A DNA stretch of 64,000 nucleotides. Source: Caecitellus pseudoparvulus (lineage: Eukaryota > Protista > Bigyra: Bicosoecida). The position numbers and the translations under genes are program-made. Numbering within the stretch: the stretch's first letter is position 1; every line of letters starts with the position of its first letter. Where the stretch lies: the NCBI GenBank assembly GCA_965644315.1, contig CBFFRQ010000062.1, forward strand, positions 496,087 through 560,086, read 5' to 3'. Positions 1 to 9,878 of this stretch are shown in pieces. Below the pieces are notes generated by a model. The model made no database searches and was not told the DNA's origin. It saw nothing but the letters and a program-made list of their open reading frames with translations.

Positions 1-3000
1 CTGTCATCGGTCGCTGGGACGCTGCTAGGCGCTGTGTGCTTGCTTTGGGCTGTGTGCTCCGACGCAAGCTTCCAGAGTCAGTGAGTGGCAAGCGACGATG
101 CATTTCACGTGCACGATGCCTGGCGTGCCGATGGCACTTCTCCAAAGTTGTTCCCATACACGACCGCGCCCACCACTTTGCAGGGGCCGGTTTCATTCTC
201 ACAGCACTCTAGCAACGGCGCGACGTGGCCGCGCTTCGACTCAGCGGCAATCAAGAACCAAGGAAAAACTTTCGATTGCTCTGTTTGTGTTCCTGTGGGT
301 CTTCTCTATCCCCATGCTCGTCACGCTGAGCCGCATGCTGGCTTGCTTCCCCGCCCTGGACCCAGCGGTCCGGGCTCCTCACCTCATCCAGCGATGGGGC
401 ACCGCCACCAACGCCATCTGGGGCAAGCCGGGAGCGCTGCTGCGGAGCACGGTGTTGCCACTGAGCACGCCCCTTGAGCACGGCGTGAGCATGGTGCCGG
501 CGATGTTCGGGGGCGTGGAGGCGTGCTACACGGGCTGGCACCTGGTGCATGCAGGGGTGTCAATGGCATGCCTTGGCCTGGTGAATGGCCTCTGCGTGCT
601 TGGTCGTCTCATGATGGCTTTCCCTGACCCGACACTGCTGGGCAGCCGGTCTTTTGCGGAGGAAAACTTGACGGCCTCCCTCGGCGTACGGTGGGCTGTG
701 CTTCTGGACATCGGCCTTGTCTTCAACACAGCACTGGCGCTAACTGTCATTGCGGAATTCTTCCCATCATGGGCTCTAGGGTCCCTCCTCCCTTTGATTG
801 GCGTGCTGTACCCTGCGTGGACGCTCCACAGGCAGGTGCATGTGAACCCTCGACAGTTCAGAATCTGGTCTGCCGTTTGCTCAGCCATGGTGACGACTGG
901 CCTCTGCAGCATGTTCATCGCAGGGGGCAGCACGGTGGACTACTTTGCCTTCGTGTCAGTTCTAGGGCTGGCCACCATCATCGTCGGTGCGGCGTCTGTT
1001 GACAGCTTCAGGCAGCGGGTGCTGGCCAAATCCCACGTGCAACTGTCAGTGCACGCACAGCTGTTCGTAGCAACTCTGCACGAGTCCAGGCGCTTCAGTA
1101 AGCGCCTTGCACGAGACCTCTTTGGGCGAGACACTGCGACAGTGGAAGTGTCCCGTGCACTGGCCCTGGCAGCTGGATGTGGCCCACAAGTGTGGAGTTC
1201 CGCTGACATGGCCCAGCTTCGATCTGCAGCCCACATTGCCCGCCTGCGGACTGCCCTCGCCGACAACCCCGCTCACGCCATCATCGCCCGCATGCGCCGC
1301 CTGCACCCCGACTCTGCCACCGCCGCCATGTACGAAGCCATGTGGCGCGGCAGTCCCTGGAGCGGGCACGGCGTGGGCGGCGAGGTGGCGGCCCTGCGAC
1401 GCCTGTGGGCGCTCACGCCTGCCCCCGACTTCCGCGTGTACATCTTGCACCGCCTGCAGTGTCTGTGGCGCCTGGAGAGCGCCGCCATGCTGGGGCTGGT
1501 GCGCCGGGCTGAGGTGCAGGGGCGCATGACGCTGGGTGGCTTAGTTGCGGCGGCTGGGCGACTGCGTGTGGCTGTGCAGGATGCGCAGGGAGGGGCGGGA
1601 GCAGGCAAGGGCCGGCGCGTGAGCGGCAGCGAGGCGTGGGAGCACAGCGCCGCATCGGCACACTGGGTGATGCGCGAGGTGCGCAGTGTGGTGGCAGCAG
1701 CTGGTGCTCGGTACGAGTACTTGCGCAGCGTGGGGGGCATGCCTGGGCAGACGCGCCGGCAGTTCGAAGTGGCAGCGGTGGAAGGCGCGGTGGCTGGGCG
1801 CGAGGTGGGTGCTGGCGAGGCAGGGGGTATGGGCGCTGTGGTGAAGGGTGGTGGTGGGTCGGGTGTCGTGCGGGGTGCGTCCGGTGCGCTGGGTGGGTGG
1901 GTGCAGTTTGTGGGTCGAGGTGGGCAGGGCAAGGAGCCCCGGCAGCCCGTGCTGTGGGCAGAGGTGAGTGGCACTGGCAGCACACGGGGCATGGTGCTGT
2001 CAGTGAGCGAGGGCATGGTGAGGCTGCTGGGGTGCAGCAGTGAGGGCGAGCTGGTGGGGCGAGGGTGGGGCGAGGTGATGGGCCTGGGTGGGGATGTGTG
2101 GTGGGGCGGCGTGGTCGCGAAGGGGCTGACGCCGGGGGACGTGGGTGTGCCGCGGTGTGTGAAGCTGGGTCGGCAGGGGCAGGAGGGCGTGGCGTGCCAG
2201 GTGTGTGTGTTGGAGGGCTGGGCGTTGGGCGGCGGGGGTCCTGAGGTGCGGTGGGTGGTGCTTGTGGCTGTACAGGGGGATGGCGGTGGTGGCGGTGGTG
2301 GCGGTGGCGAGATGGAGGAGGGTGATGTTGTCGAGGGGGGCGGTGAGCATGTGGCGGGGGATGGGGGTGCGGGTATGCAGGGTTGGGCAGTGCAAGCGGT
2401 GCGTTTGAGCAGTGCGAGCTGGAAGTCGGCGGGAACTTCCCACGCCGCATGGGGGTCCAACATAGCATGTATCATCATCATGCTCATTGGGTACATGTCG
2501 GTGGTACTCACCAACCTTGACACATCGCTTGGAGGGTCCACAGGATTGCAAGTGGTTGGGCCTCGTGCCTTCTGGCGAGCCAGCTGGGCCAGCGACGCTG
2601 CCTCCACGTGCCTCGCACTGGGCACCATCAACGCCTCCCGCCCCCATGGCACGTCGCAGGACAGTGACGCACAAGTGGCGCACCTGCTGGATGTGTGGTC
2701 GGGCGGGCTCCGTCAAGGCAGCCATGTGATGGCAGAGTACCGGGAGCCGCGGGCGTTCTTCGACGAGGGCAAGGTGGCCCGCGTGTTTGGTGCAGTGATG
2801 GTGGATGAGGTGGTGACTGTGGGGGGTGCGGAGGGGAATGTCAGTGTGATGGGCGGGGGGGTATTGTCGATGCATGCGGCAGGTGGGGGCACGGGTGGCG
2901 TGGGAGGGTGGGGCGAGGTGACGGCGGCGTTGAACGTGAGCGGGTCGGTGTTGCAGGGGAGCGCGACTCGCTTCCTTGAGGCGCGAGGAAACTTCGACCT

Positions 3001-4113
3001 GCTTAGAGGTACTGTTGGTGCATTTACTGTCATTGGGGCAACGTATCTGGCAAGTATTTTTGTAGAGCGCTGGATGCAGCGTGCCGAGACCCGTGCTGAG
3101 CGGGGCGAGGACAAGGCCAGTGACATGCGCTCACGGCCCCTGCTGCACAGCGGGTCGCTGGTGTGGGCGACATGCGCGTCTGGTGTGCCGCTTGTGGTGA
3201 TGTTTCTCGTCGTGTTCGTGACAAGCCGACTGGCCAGCCCGACGGGAGGTGCGCTCACGTTCATGGGTCGTGCCACATCTGGTGCCGTCGGACACCTCAC
3301 CTCCACATCCACCTCCCTCCTCCAAACCCACATCGACTTGATGCGCGGCCAACCCATCCACCCGCCGCTCCTGCTCGAAGCCCAGCAACACCTGGCTGCA
3401 GCGCAGTGGTGGGCGCTGCAGGCCGGTGCCATTGCTGGGCAGCAGGACCACAGTCGGGAGGATGTCGTGGGTGTGCTGAGCCGAGCCATGCTGCGTGATG
3501 CATGTGGTCTACTGGGCGTGGTGGAGGGGGGCGACATGCAGGCCGTGGCAAGGGCCAGTGCATACACGCCTGACGGCGTGGCGGGTCTGTGGAGCAGTGG
3601 ATGGGGCGAGTCGTACCGATCACAGTGTGGTGGTGCGGGGGGAGGCGTGCTGTCGACGGGGGGCGTGACACGGGGTGTGCTGTGGGTGGCTGGGCACATG
3701 GAGCAGGTGGTGGGCGTGATGGCGAGGTGTGCGGGTGTGGGGGGCGGTGGGAACGCGACGGCAGAGGCGGCGTGTGTGGGCGGGAGGGGGTGGATCTGGC
3801 GGGGGCTGTGGGGGGGATGGGGAGTGGTGGTGGCGGGCTGGGGGAGGTGTTGGATGTGAGTGTGGTGCAGCTGGGCATGGTGCGGAGCGCGGTGGATTGG
3901 CTGGTGCTGGTTGGGTATGCTGCCATCGAGGCCGGCAGCTATACGCTGTATTGGGCTGCGCTGTACATTCCATTGGCACTCAACTTTGTCATTTTCCTTG
4001 GTGTTGTGCTCCCCATGGTCAGGGCGAGGAGTGCCAACGTAGTTGCTCTTCAGCTTCGAAGCGTTTTGAGAGGGCTTGGGGCGCGTGTTCAATCATCCAA
4101 AGTAGAGGTTTAG
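1..4113 (+). CDS. TmcB/TmcC-like multi-pass membrane protein with TPR-like segment and degenerate PAS domain, copy 1 (5' partial; apparent -1 frameshift near 3781-3790)
   Basis: Frame-1 stretch 1-80 (LSSVAGTLLGAVCLLWAV) joins ORF 98..3859 through a GTGAGT donor at 81 and an in-frame AG acceptor at 183 or 204. Motifs: CYTGWHLVH, RRLHPDSATAAMY, PDFRVYILHR and PAS-like GMVLSVSEGMVRLLGCSSEGELVGR. The true C-terminus continues in ORF 3589..4113 (GVDLAGAVGG...), matching copies 2 and 3. Family name from motif recall. Confidence 0.7.
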
Positions 4114-7100
4114 CCCACGCAAGGTGACAGCCCGTTCACCAACGTTGAAGGCTGCGAAGCTCCCTTGGGATTTTCGTTTGCCGGTCATGCCTTCTCAAGT
4201 GCGAACGCGAAGTATTGTTCAGTTGTGCATCGAGACACCTGCAGCTACCTCTGTGACAGCCTCAGCCGCGGCACAAATTCATGTCAATGGCCTAGTCTAG
4301 AGTGCTCCACGTCGATCATGCATTCCTGGTCTGTTGATTCTGCTTGGTGGATTCTCACCGAGAGATGAAGTACCAAGCTCCTGGAAACAGTGGCAATGAT
4401 GATAGTACTGTCGCTCTTGACACGGTTCACAATGCAGCAAAGAGACCCTTCAAGATGCACTTTCTCGCACTCGGACACCACAGAAGCACGAGTTACTTTG
4501 CCACACATGGCATTAGGTCTCTCTGGCTATCCCTTGTGTTGGAATCTGCTCCTGCATGCAGAGCAACAGTCCGCAGAAGGGTCAGGGCTAGGAGATTGCT
4601 GCTGCGAGAGCGCACCACAGGGCGAACACACACCCAAAACACAAGCCAGCTCACCATAAGCGGGAGCACCACCTCGAACATGAGCAACGAAGGTATGGAA
4701 AGGTCGATGTCACCCCCAGCAACCAGCACCAGCCAATCCACCGCGCTCCGCACCATGCCCAGCTGCACCACACCCACATCCAACACCTCCCCCAGCCCGC
4801 CACCACCACTCCCCATCCCACCCACAGCCCCCGCCAGATCCACCCCTCCCTCACCCACACACGCCGCCTCTGCCGTCGCGTTCCCACCGCCCCCCACACC
4901 CGCACACCTCGCCATCACGCCCACCACCTGCTCCATGTGCCCAGCCACCCACAGCACACCCCGTGTCACGCCCCCCGTCGACAGCACGCCTCCCCCCGCA
5001 CCACCACACTGTGATCGGTACGACTCGCCCCATCCACTGCTCCACAGACCCGCCACGCCGTCAGGCGTGTATGCACTGGCCCTTGCCACGGCCTGCATGT
5101 CGCCCCCCTCCACCACGCCCAGTAGACCACATGCATCACGCAGCATGGCTCGGCTCAGCACACCCACAACATCCTCACGACTGTGGTCCTGCTGCCCAGC
5201 GATGGCACCGGCCTGCAGCGCCCACCACTGCGCTGCAGCCAGGTGTTGCTGGGCTTCGAGCAGGAGCGGCGGGTGGATGGGTTGGCCGCGCATCAAGTCG
5301 ATGTGGGTTTGGAGGAGGGAGGTGGATGTGGAGGTGAGGTGTCCGACGGCACCAGACGTGGCGCGACCCACCTGAACCGTGACCCTTTTAGAGCTCCCAG
5401 TGGACCGGCTCACAAGGAACACGACGAGAAACATCACCACAAGCGGCACACCAGACGCGCATGTCGCCCACACCAGCGACCCGCTGTGCAGCAGGGGCCG
5501 TGAGCGCATGTCACTGGCCTTGTCCTCGCCCCGCTCAGCACGGGTCTCGGCACGCTGCATCCAGATCTCAAAGAAAGGTGCAACTGCTAACGCAAGGAAC
5601 ACGAAGAGGAAGGCCCCAACTGTCCCTTGGACAAAATCGGCCGCCCACTTCATCTCGAGAAAGCGAGTCGCGCTCCCCTGCAACACCGACCCGCTCACGT
5701 TCAACGCCGCCGTCACCTCGCCCCACCCTCCCACGCCACCCGTGCCCCCACCTGCCGCATGCATCGACAATACCCCCCCGCCCATCACACTGACATTCCC
5801 CTCCGCACCCCCCACAGTCACCACCTCATCCACCATCACTGCACCAAACACGCGGGCCACCTTGCCCTCGTCGAAGAACGCCCGCGGCTCCCGGTACTCT
5901 GCCATCACATGGCTGCCTTGACGGAGCCCGCCCGACCACACATCCAGCAGGTGCGCCACTTGTGCGTCACTGTCCTGCGACGTGCCATGGGGGCGGGAGG
6001 CGTTGATGGTGCCCAGTGCGAGGCACGTGGAGGCAGCGTCGCTGGCCCAGCTGGCTCGCCAGAAGGCATGAGGCCCAACCACTTGCAATCCTGTGGACCC
6101 TCCAAGCGATGTGTCAAGGTTGGTGAGTACCACCGACATGTACCCAATGAGCATGATGATGATACATGCTATGTTGGACCCCCATGCGGCGTGGGAAGTT
6201 CCCGCCGACTTCCAGCTCGCACCGCTCAAACGCACCGCTTGCACTGCCCAACCCTGCATACCCGCACCCCCATCCCCCGCCACATGCTCACCGCCCCCCT
6301 CCACGGCATCGCCCACCTCCATCTCGCCACCGCCACCACCGCCACCACCGCCATCCCCCTGTACAGCCACAAGCACCACCCACCGCACCTCAGGACCCCC
6401 GCCGCCCAACGCCCAGCCCTCCAACACACACACCTGGCACGCCACGCCCTCCTGCCCCTGCCGACCCAGCTTCACACACCGCGGCACACCCACGTCCCCC
6501 GGCGTCAGCCCCTTCGCGACCACGCCGCCCCACCACACATCCCCACCCAGGCCCATCACCTCGCCCCACCCTCGCCCCACCAGCTCGCCCTCACTGCTGC
6601 ACCCCAGCAGCCTCACCATGCCCTCGCTCACTGACAGCACCATGCCCCGTGTGCTGCCAGTGCCACTCACCTCTGCCCACAGCACGGGCTGCCGGGGCTC
6701 CTTGCCCTGCCCACCTCGACCCACAAACTGCACCCACCCACCCAGCGCACCGGACGCACCCCGCACGACACCCGACCCACCACCACCCTTCACCACAGCG
6801 CCCATACCCCCTGCCTCGCCAGCACCCACCTCGCGCCCAGCCACCGCGCCCTCCACCGCTGCCACTTCGAACTGCCGGCGCGTCTGCCCAGGCATGCCCC
6901 CCACGCTGCGCAAGTACTCGTACCGAGCACCAGCTGCTGCCACCACACTGCGCACCTCGCGCATCACCCAGTGTGCCGATGCGGCGCTGTGCTCCCACGC
7001 CTCGCTGCCGCTCACGCGCCGGCCCTTGCCTGCTCCCGCCCCTCCCTGCGCATCCTGCACAGCCACACGCAGTCGCCCAGCCGCCGCAACTAAGCCACCC

Positions 7101-8307
7101 AGCGTCATGCGCCCCTGCACCTCAGCCCGGCGCACCAGCCCCAGCATGGCGGCGCTCTCCAGGCGCCACAGACACTGCAGGCGGTGCAAGATGTACACGC
7201 GGAAGTCGGGGGCAGGCGTGAGCGCCCACAGGCGTCGCAGGGCCGCCACCTCGCCGCCCACGCCGTGCCCGCTCCAGGGACTGCCGCGCCACATGGCTTC
7301 GTACATGGCGGCGGTGGCAGAGTCGGGGTGCAGGCGGCGCATGCGGGCGATGATGGCGTGAGCGGGGTTGTCGGCGAGGGCAGTCCGTAGGCGGGCAATG
7401 TGGGCTGCAGATCGAAGTACTGTTTTTCCGCAATTGTCTACGCTCTCTGGCCTCGTCCCATTGATCGCTTCAAGTGCGAGAGCTGCTTGGATCGGGCTGG
7501 TGTCCTTCCCCAAGACGCGGTCCAGGGCAGATCTGAAGGCCAAAAAGTTTACGTTGATGGCCCGCAAGAAAAGCTGGCCAGGAACAGTGAGCTTCGTTGC
7601 AACGGAGGATGCAATCCAGTTGTGTGTGGTGATCAAGAGCGCCGCCACAAGCACGAGCAAGATGGAGCCAACTGCCACAAGCGACAGCGTGAGGTCAACT
7701 CCGCGCTGCCCCAGCGTTGTGATGCCCACGATGAGCCCAGAAGTCAGCATGGACGAGCAGGCACCACCCCACAGACCGAGTTGGTTTGGGTTTGCATGAG
7801 GCTGGGTTTGAGAGGACACCACCAAGTACAGCCCACCCACAGCTGGCGCGAGGAAGGACATGAGCCAAAGTGGAATCAAGTCCAACAGGAGAACGAAGTT
7901 AATGGCACTCGAGGCAGTGAAGAGCACTTCAAGAACGAGTGAGACCCGCTGGTTTGTTGTGGTGGTAATGCCCTCTGAGGCGTTCCGCTGGGCAGTCAGC
8001 CTGGCTGGATGGGGCAGGCTGTGCAGCAGGCGAACCACAAGGGACAGGTTCGTGATGGTTGAAAGGCACACGGCGCTGATGAGCACGTGCACCAGGTGCC
8101 AGCCCGTGTAGCACGCCCCCACGCCCCCGAACATCGCCGGCACCATGCTCACGCCGTGCTCAAGGGGCGCGCTGAGCGGGAAAACCGTGCCTTTGGACAG
8201 CGCTCCCGGCTCGCCCCAGATGGCGTTGGTGGCGGTGCCCCATCGCTGGATGAGGTGAGGAGCCCGGACCGCTGGGTCCAGGGCGGGGAAGCAAGCCAGC
8301 ATGCGGC
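330..8307. repeat. Large imperfect inverted repeat (arms ~330-3913 and ~4720-8307, ~0.8 kb unrelated spacer) formed by two convergent paralogues
   Basis: Mirror-image ORFs on opposite strands with a constant coordinate sum of 8634 (1273/7361, 2487/6147, 3451/5183, 3589/5045). Direct comparison shows near-identity in the shared blocks. Confidence 0.95.
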
Positions 8308-8797
8308 CCAGAATCAGCGTCAGGGGGACACTGAGTGCCCAGAAAGTGAAGTGAAGGACTCCGCTCAGGAGTTTCTGCCGCTGTCGCAGCGGCTGCAGCC
8401 AAGTTTCTATGGCTGGAGGAAGGAGACCTGCGCCTTTCCCCCGCCCGAACGAGGAGCTCTCCTTTGATCTCCCAACCAGAAAGGTTGGAGTCAGGAGCCC
8501 AGGCAACAGCAGCACCACCCAGGCTGTGCCGGCGACAGCGACGGAGCCGAGCCAAAGCCCGTAAAACACGGCAGGAGAAAGGTCCACGTCAGCTCGCCCG
8601 GCAACGAGATACACAGAAAGTCGCCCAAATAGCGTCAGGCCGCTGTTTTCTTGCCCCACTGCCAGTGCAGGCACGTACGCGGCCAGGCATACTACCTGAA
8701 CTGCCCGCACCAGCACCAGGGTTTGCATGAATGCATGGCTGAGTCGGGGAAGGCGCAGAACCGCTAGGATCCAATGCCACAATGGGATAGAGGGCAT
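4493..8797 (-). CDS. TmcB/TmcC-like multi-pass membrane/PAS protein, copy 2 (intact, single ORF)
   Basis: ORF 4493..8821, first ATG at 8797 (MPSIPLW). Same motifs as copy 1; many hydrophobic helices N-terminally and several C-terminally. Confidence 0.8.
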   Translation of the reverse strand: MPSIPLWHWILAVLRLPRLSHAFMQTLVLVRAVQVVCLAAYVPALAVGQENSGLTLFGRLSVYLVAGRADVDLSPAVFYGLWLGSVAVAGTAWVVLLLPGLLTPTFLVGRSKESSSFGRGKGAGLLPPAIETWLQPLRQRQKLLSGVLHFTFWALSVPLTLILGRMLACFPALDPAVRAPHLIQRWGTATNAIWGEPGALSKGTVFPLSAPLEHGVSMVPAMFGGVGACYTGWHLVHVLISAVCLSTITNLSLVVRLLHSLPHPARLTAQRNASEGITTTTNQRVSLVLEVLFTASSAINFVLLLDLIPLWLMSFLAPAVGGLYLVVSSQTQPHANPNQLGLWGGACSSMLTSGLIVGITTLGQRGVDLTLSLVAVGSILLVLVAALLITTHNWIASSVATKLTVPGQLFLRAINVNFLAFRSALDRVLGKDTSPIQAALALEAINGTRPESVDNCGKTVLRSAAHIARLRTALADNPAHAIIARMRRLHPDSATAAMYEAMWRGSPWSGHGVGGEVAALRRLWALTPAPDFRVYILHRLQCLWRLESAAMLGLVRRAEVQGRMTLGGLVAAAGRLRVAVQDAQGGAGAGKGRRVSGSEAWEHSAASAHWVMREVRSVVAAAGARYEYLRSVGGMPGQTRRQFEVAAVEGAVAGREVGAGEAGGMGAVVKGGGGSGVVRGASGALGGWVQFVGRGGQGKEPRQPVLWAEVSGTGSTRGMVLSVSEGMVRLLGCSSEGELVGRGWGEVMGLGGDVWWGGVVAKGLTPGDVGVPRCVKLGRQGQEGVACQVCVLEGWALGGGGPEVRWVVLVAVQGDGGGGGGGGGEMEVGDAVEGGGEHVAGDGGAGMQGWAVQAVRLSGASWKSAGTSHAAWGSNIACIIIMLIGYMSVVLTNLDTSLGGSTGLQVVGPHAFWRASWASDAASTCLALGTINASRPHGTSQDSDAQVAHLLDVWSGGLRQGSHVMAEYREPRAFFDEGKVARVFGAVMVDEVVTVGGAEGNVSVMGGGVLSMHAAGGGTGGVGGWGEVTAALNVSGSVLQGSATRFLEMKWAADFVQGTVGAFLFVFLALAVAPFFEIWMQRAETRAERGEDKASDMRSRPLLHSGSLVWATCASGVPLVVMFLVVFLVSRSTGSSKRVTVQVGRATSGAVGHLTSTSTSLLQTHIDLMRGQPIHPPLLLEAQQHLAAAQWWALQAGAIAGQQDHSREDVVGVLSRAMLRDACGLLGVVEGGDMQAVARASAYTPDGVAGLWSSGWGESYRSQCGGAGGGVLSTGGVTRGVLWVAGHMEQVVGVMARCAGVGGGGNATAEAACVGEGGVDLAGAVGGMGSGGGGLGEVLDVGVVQLGMVRSAVDWLVLVAGGDIDLSIPSLLMFEVVLPLMVSWLVFWVCVRPVVRSRSSNLLALTLLRTVALHAGADSNTRDSQRDLMPCVAK

Positions 8798-9878
8798 GGC
8801 TGCTGTATGACCCCTGTTCAATCACCCTTGCGGGCTCTCTCTGACTGCCGGCTGCCCGGCGCAGCGAGCGGGAGAATCGGCTCGCTCTCGCCAACACGCC
8901 ACGCACGCTTCCGAATCACTTGACGGCCGTGAACGGCACGCGAGGGTCTGGCAAGCTCAGGCTTGCGAGACTATGACGAGAACGCCACGCCTTGTGTCTC
9001 TCCCTGTGACCGCTTGGCGCCATGTGCGGAGAGTGCGTGGCAGCTGTGAATTGGTCAACTTCTCTGGCTGCGCGGCTGCAGCGTGAGCGCATTGGCTCTG
9101 GAAGCTGGTGGTTGGTGACAGACGGCCGAGGGCAAGGCGGAACCGTGAGTCCGTGGCAGCCGAAGGCGCTGGTTGTGAGCTACCTTCGCTGGGCTAGTTT
9201 CCTGCCCCGCGGGAGCAAGCTATATGTTGCCGCGAGAGGCAAAGATGGCACGCTGGAGTGCAGGGGGACGAGGCAGGCTTGAAGCTCACGCACAGCTTGC
9301 CGTCGAGAGCGAAGTGGGTGTCACATGTCGGGATGGAGAGCTGCAGTGGGCGCAATGAGGGGGGAGGCGCTTGGGGCCGTGGTCTTCCCTCCAGACCCAA
9401 AGCGGGTGTGCGCCCTCTCTCCGCAGTGTGACGTGGCTCAAGCCACTAAAGTGTGCCACCGTTGGCGTCGACCAGTTTCCGCACCAAAACCTGAGGGATG
9501 CTGGCTTTCGGGCCGATATCTTGGCCAACTGAAGAAGAACTTGAGAAGTACACTCTACATACTAAAGAATCACCAAACGGCCTGCATTTATAATCCGAAG
9601 ACTCACAGGAGCTGCGCAGGGTGTCTTGATAGGGTTGAAGCAGGCTCCTTACCAAAATCCGCATTTGTTCACACGGCGCTGCACGAACGGTGCGCGAGCA
9701 GCCCCTTGGAACAAAATCACTAAGTCCTCACAAATGCGTACAGCGCCAAATATTTCGTGCCTTGTCCAAACGTGCAAGTGTCCCCCAGGCTGCGAAGCTG
9801 GCTTGGCTGGCTCCTTTGGCGATTGAATTGGAGCGACATTGCTTGGGACGGTTGTGCCCCTTTCCTGCCTGTGGCGCA

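Noticed and set aside
1273-2652. Pro/Thr/His-rich ORFs antisense to the TmcB-like genes (also 6093..7361, 4344..5375)
   Set aside because: Reverse-complement products of the G-skewed coding strand; not independent mucin-like genes.
330-8307. Inverted repeat as transposon TIRs or an endogenous virus boundary
   Set aside because: The arms are coding paralogues; no transposase, integrase, capsid gene or target-site duplication was seen.
8830-9870. Short ORFs between copy 2 and the tau95 gene
   Set aside because: No recognisable motifs or consistent splice pattern; treated as a divergent promoter/intergenic region.
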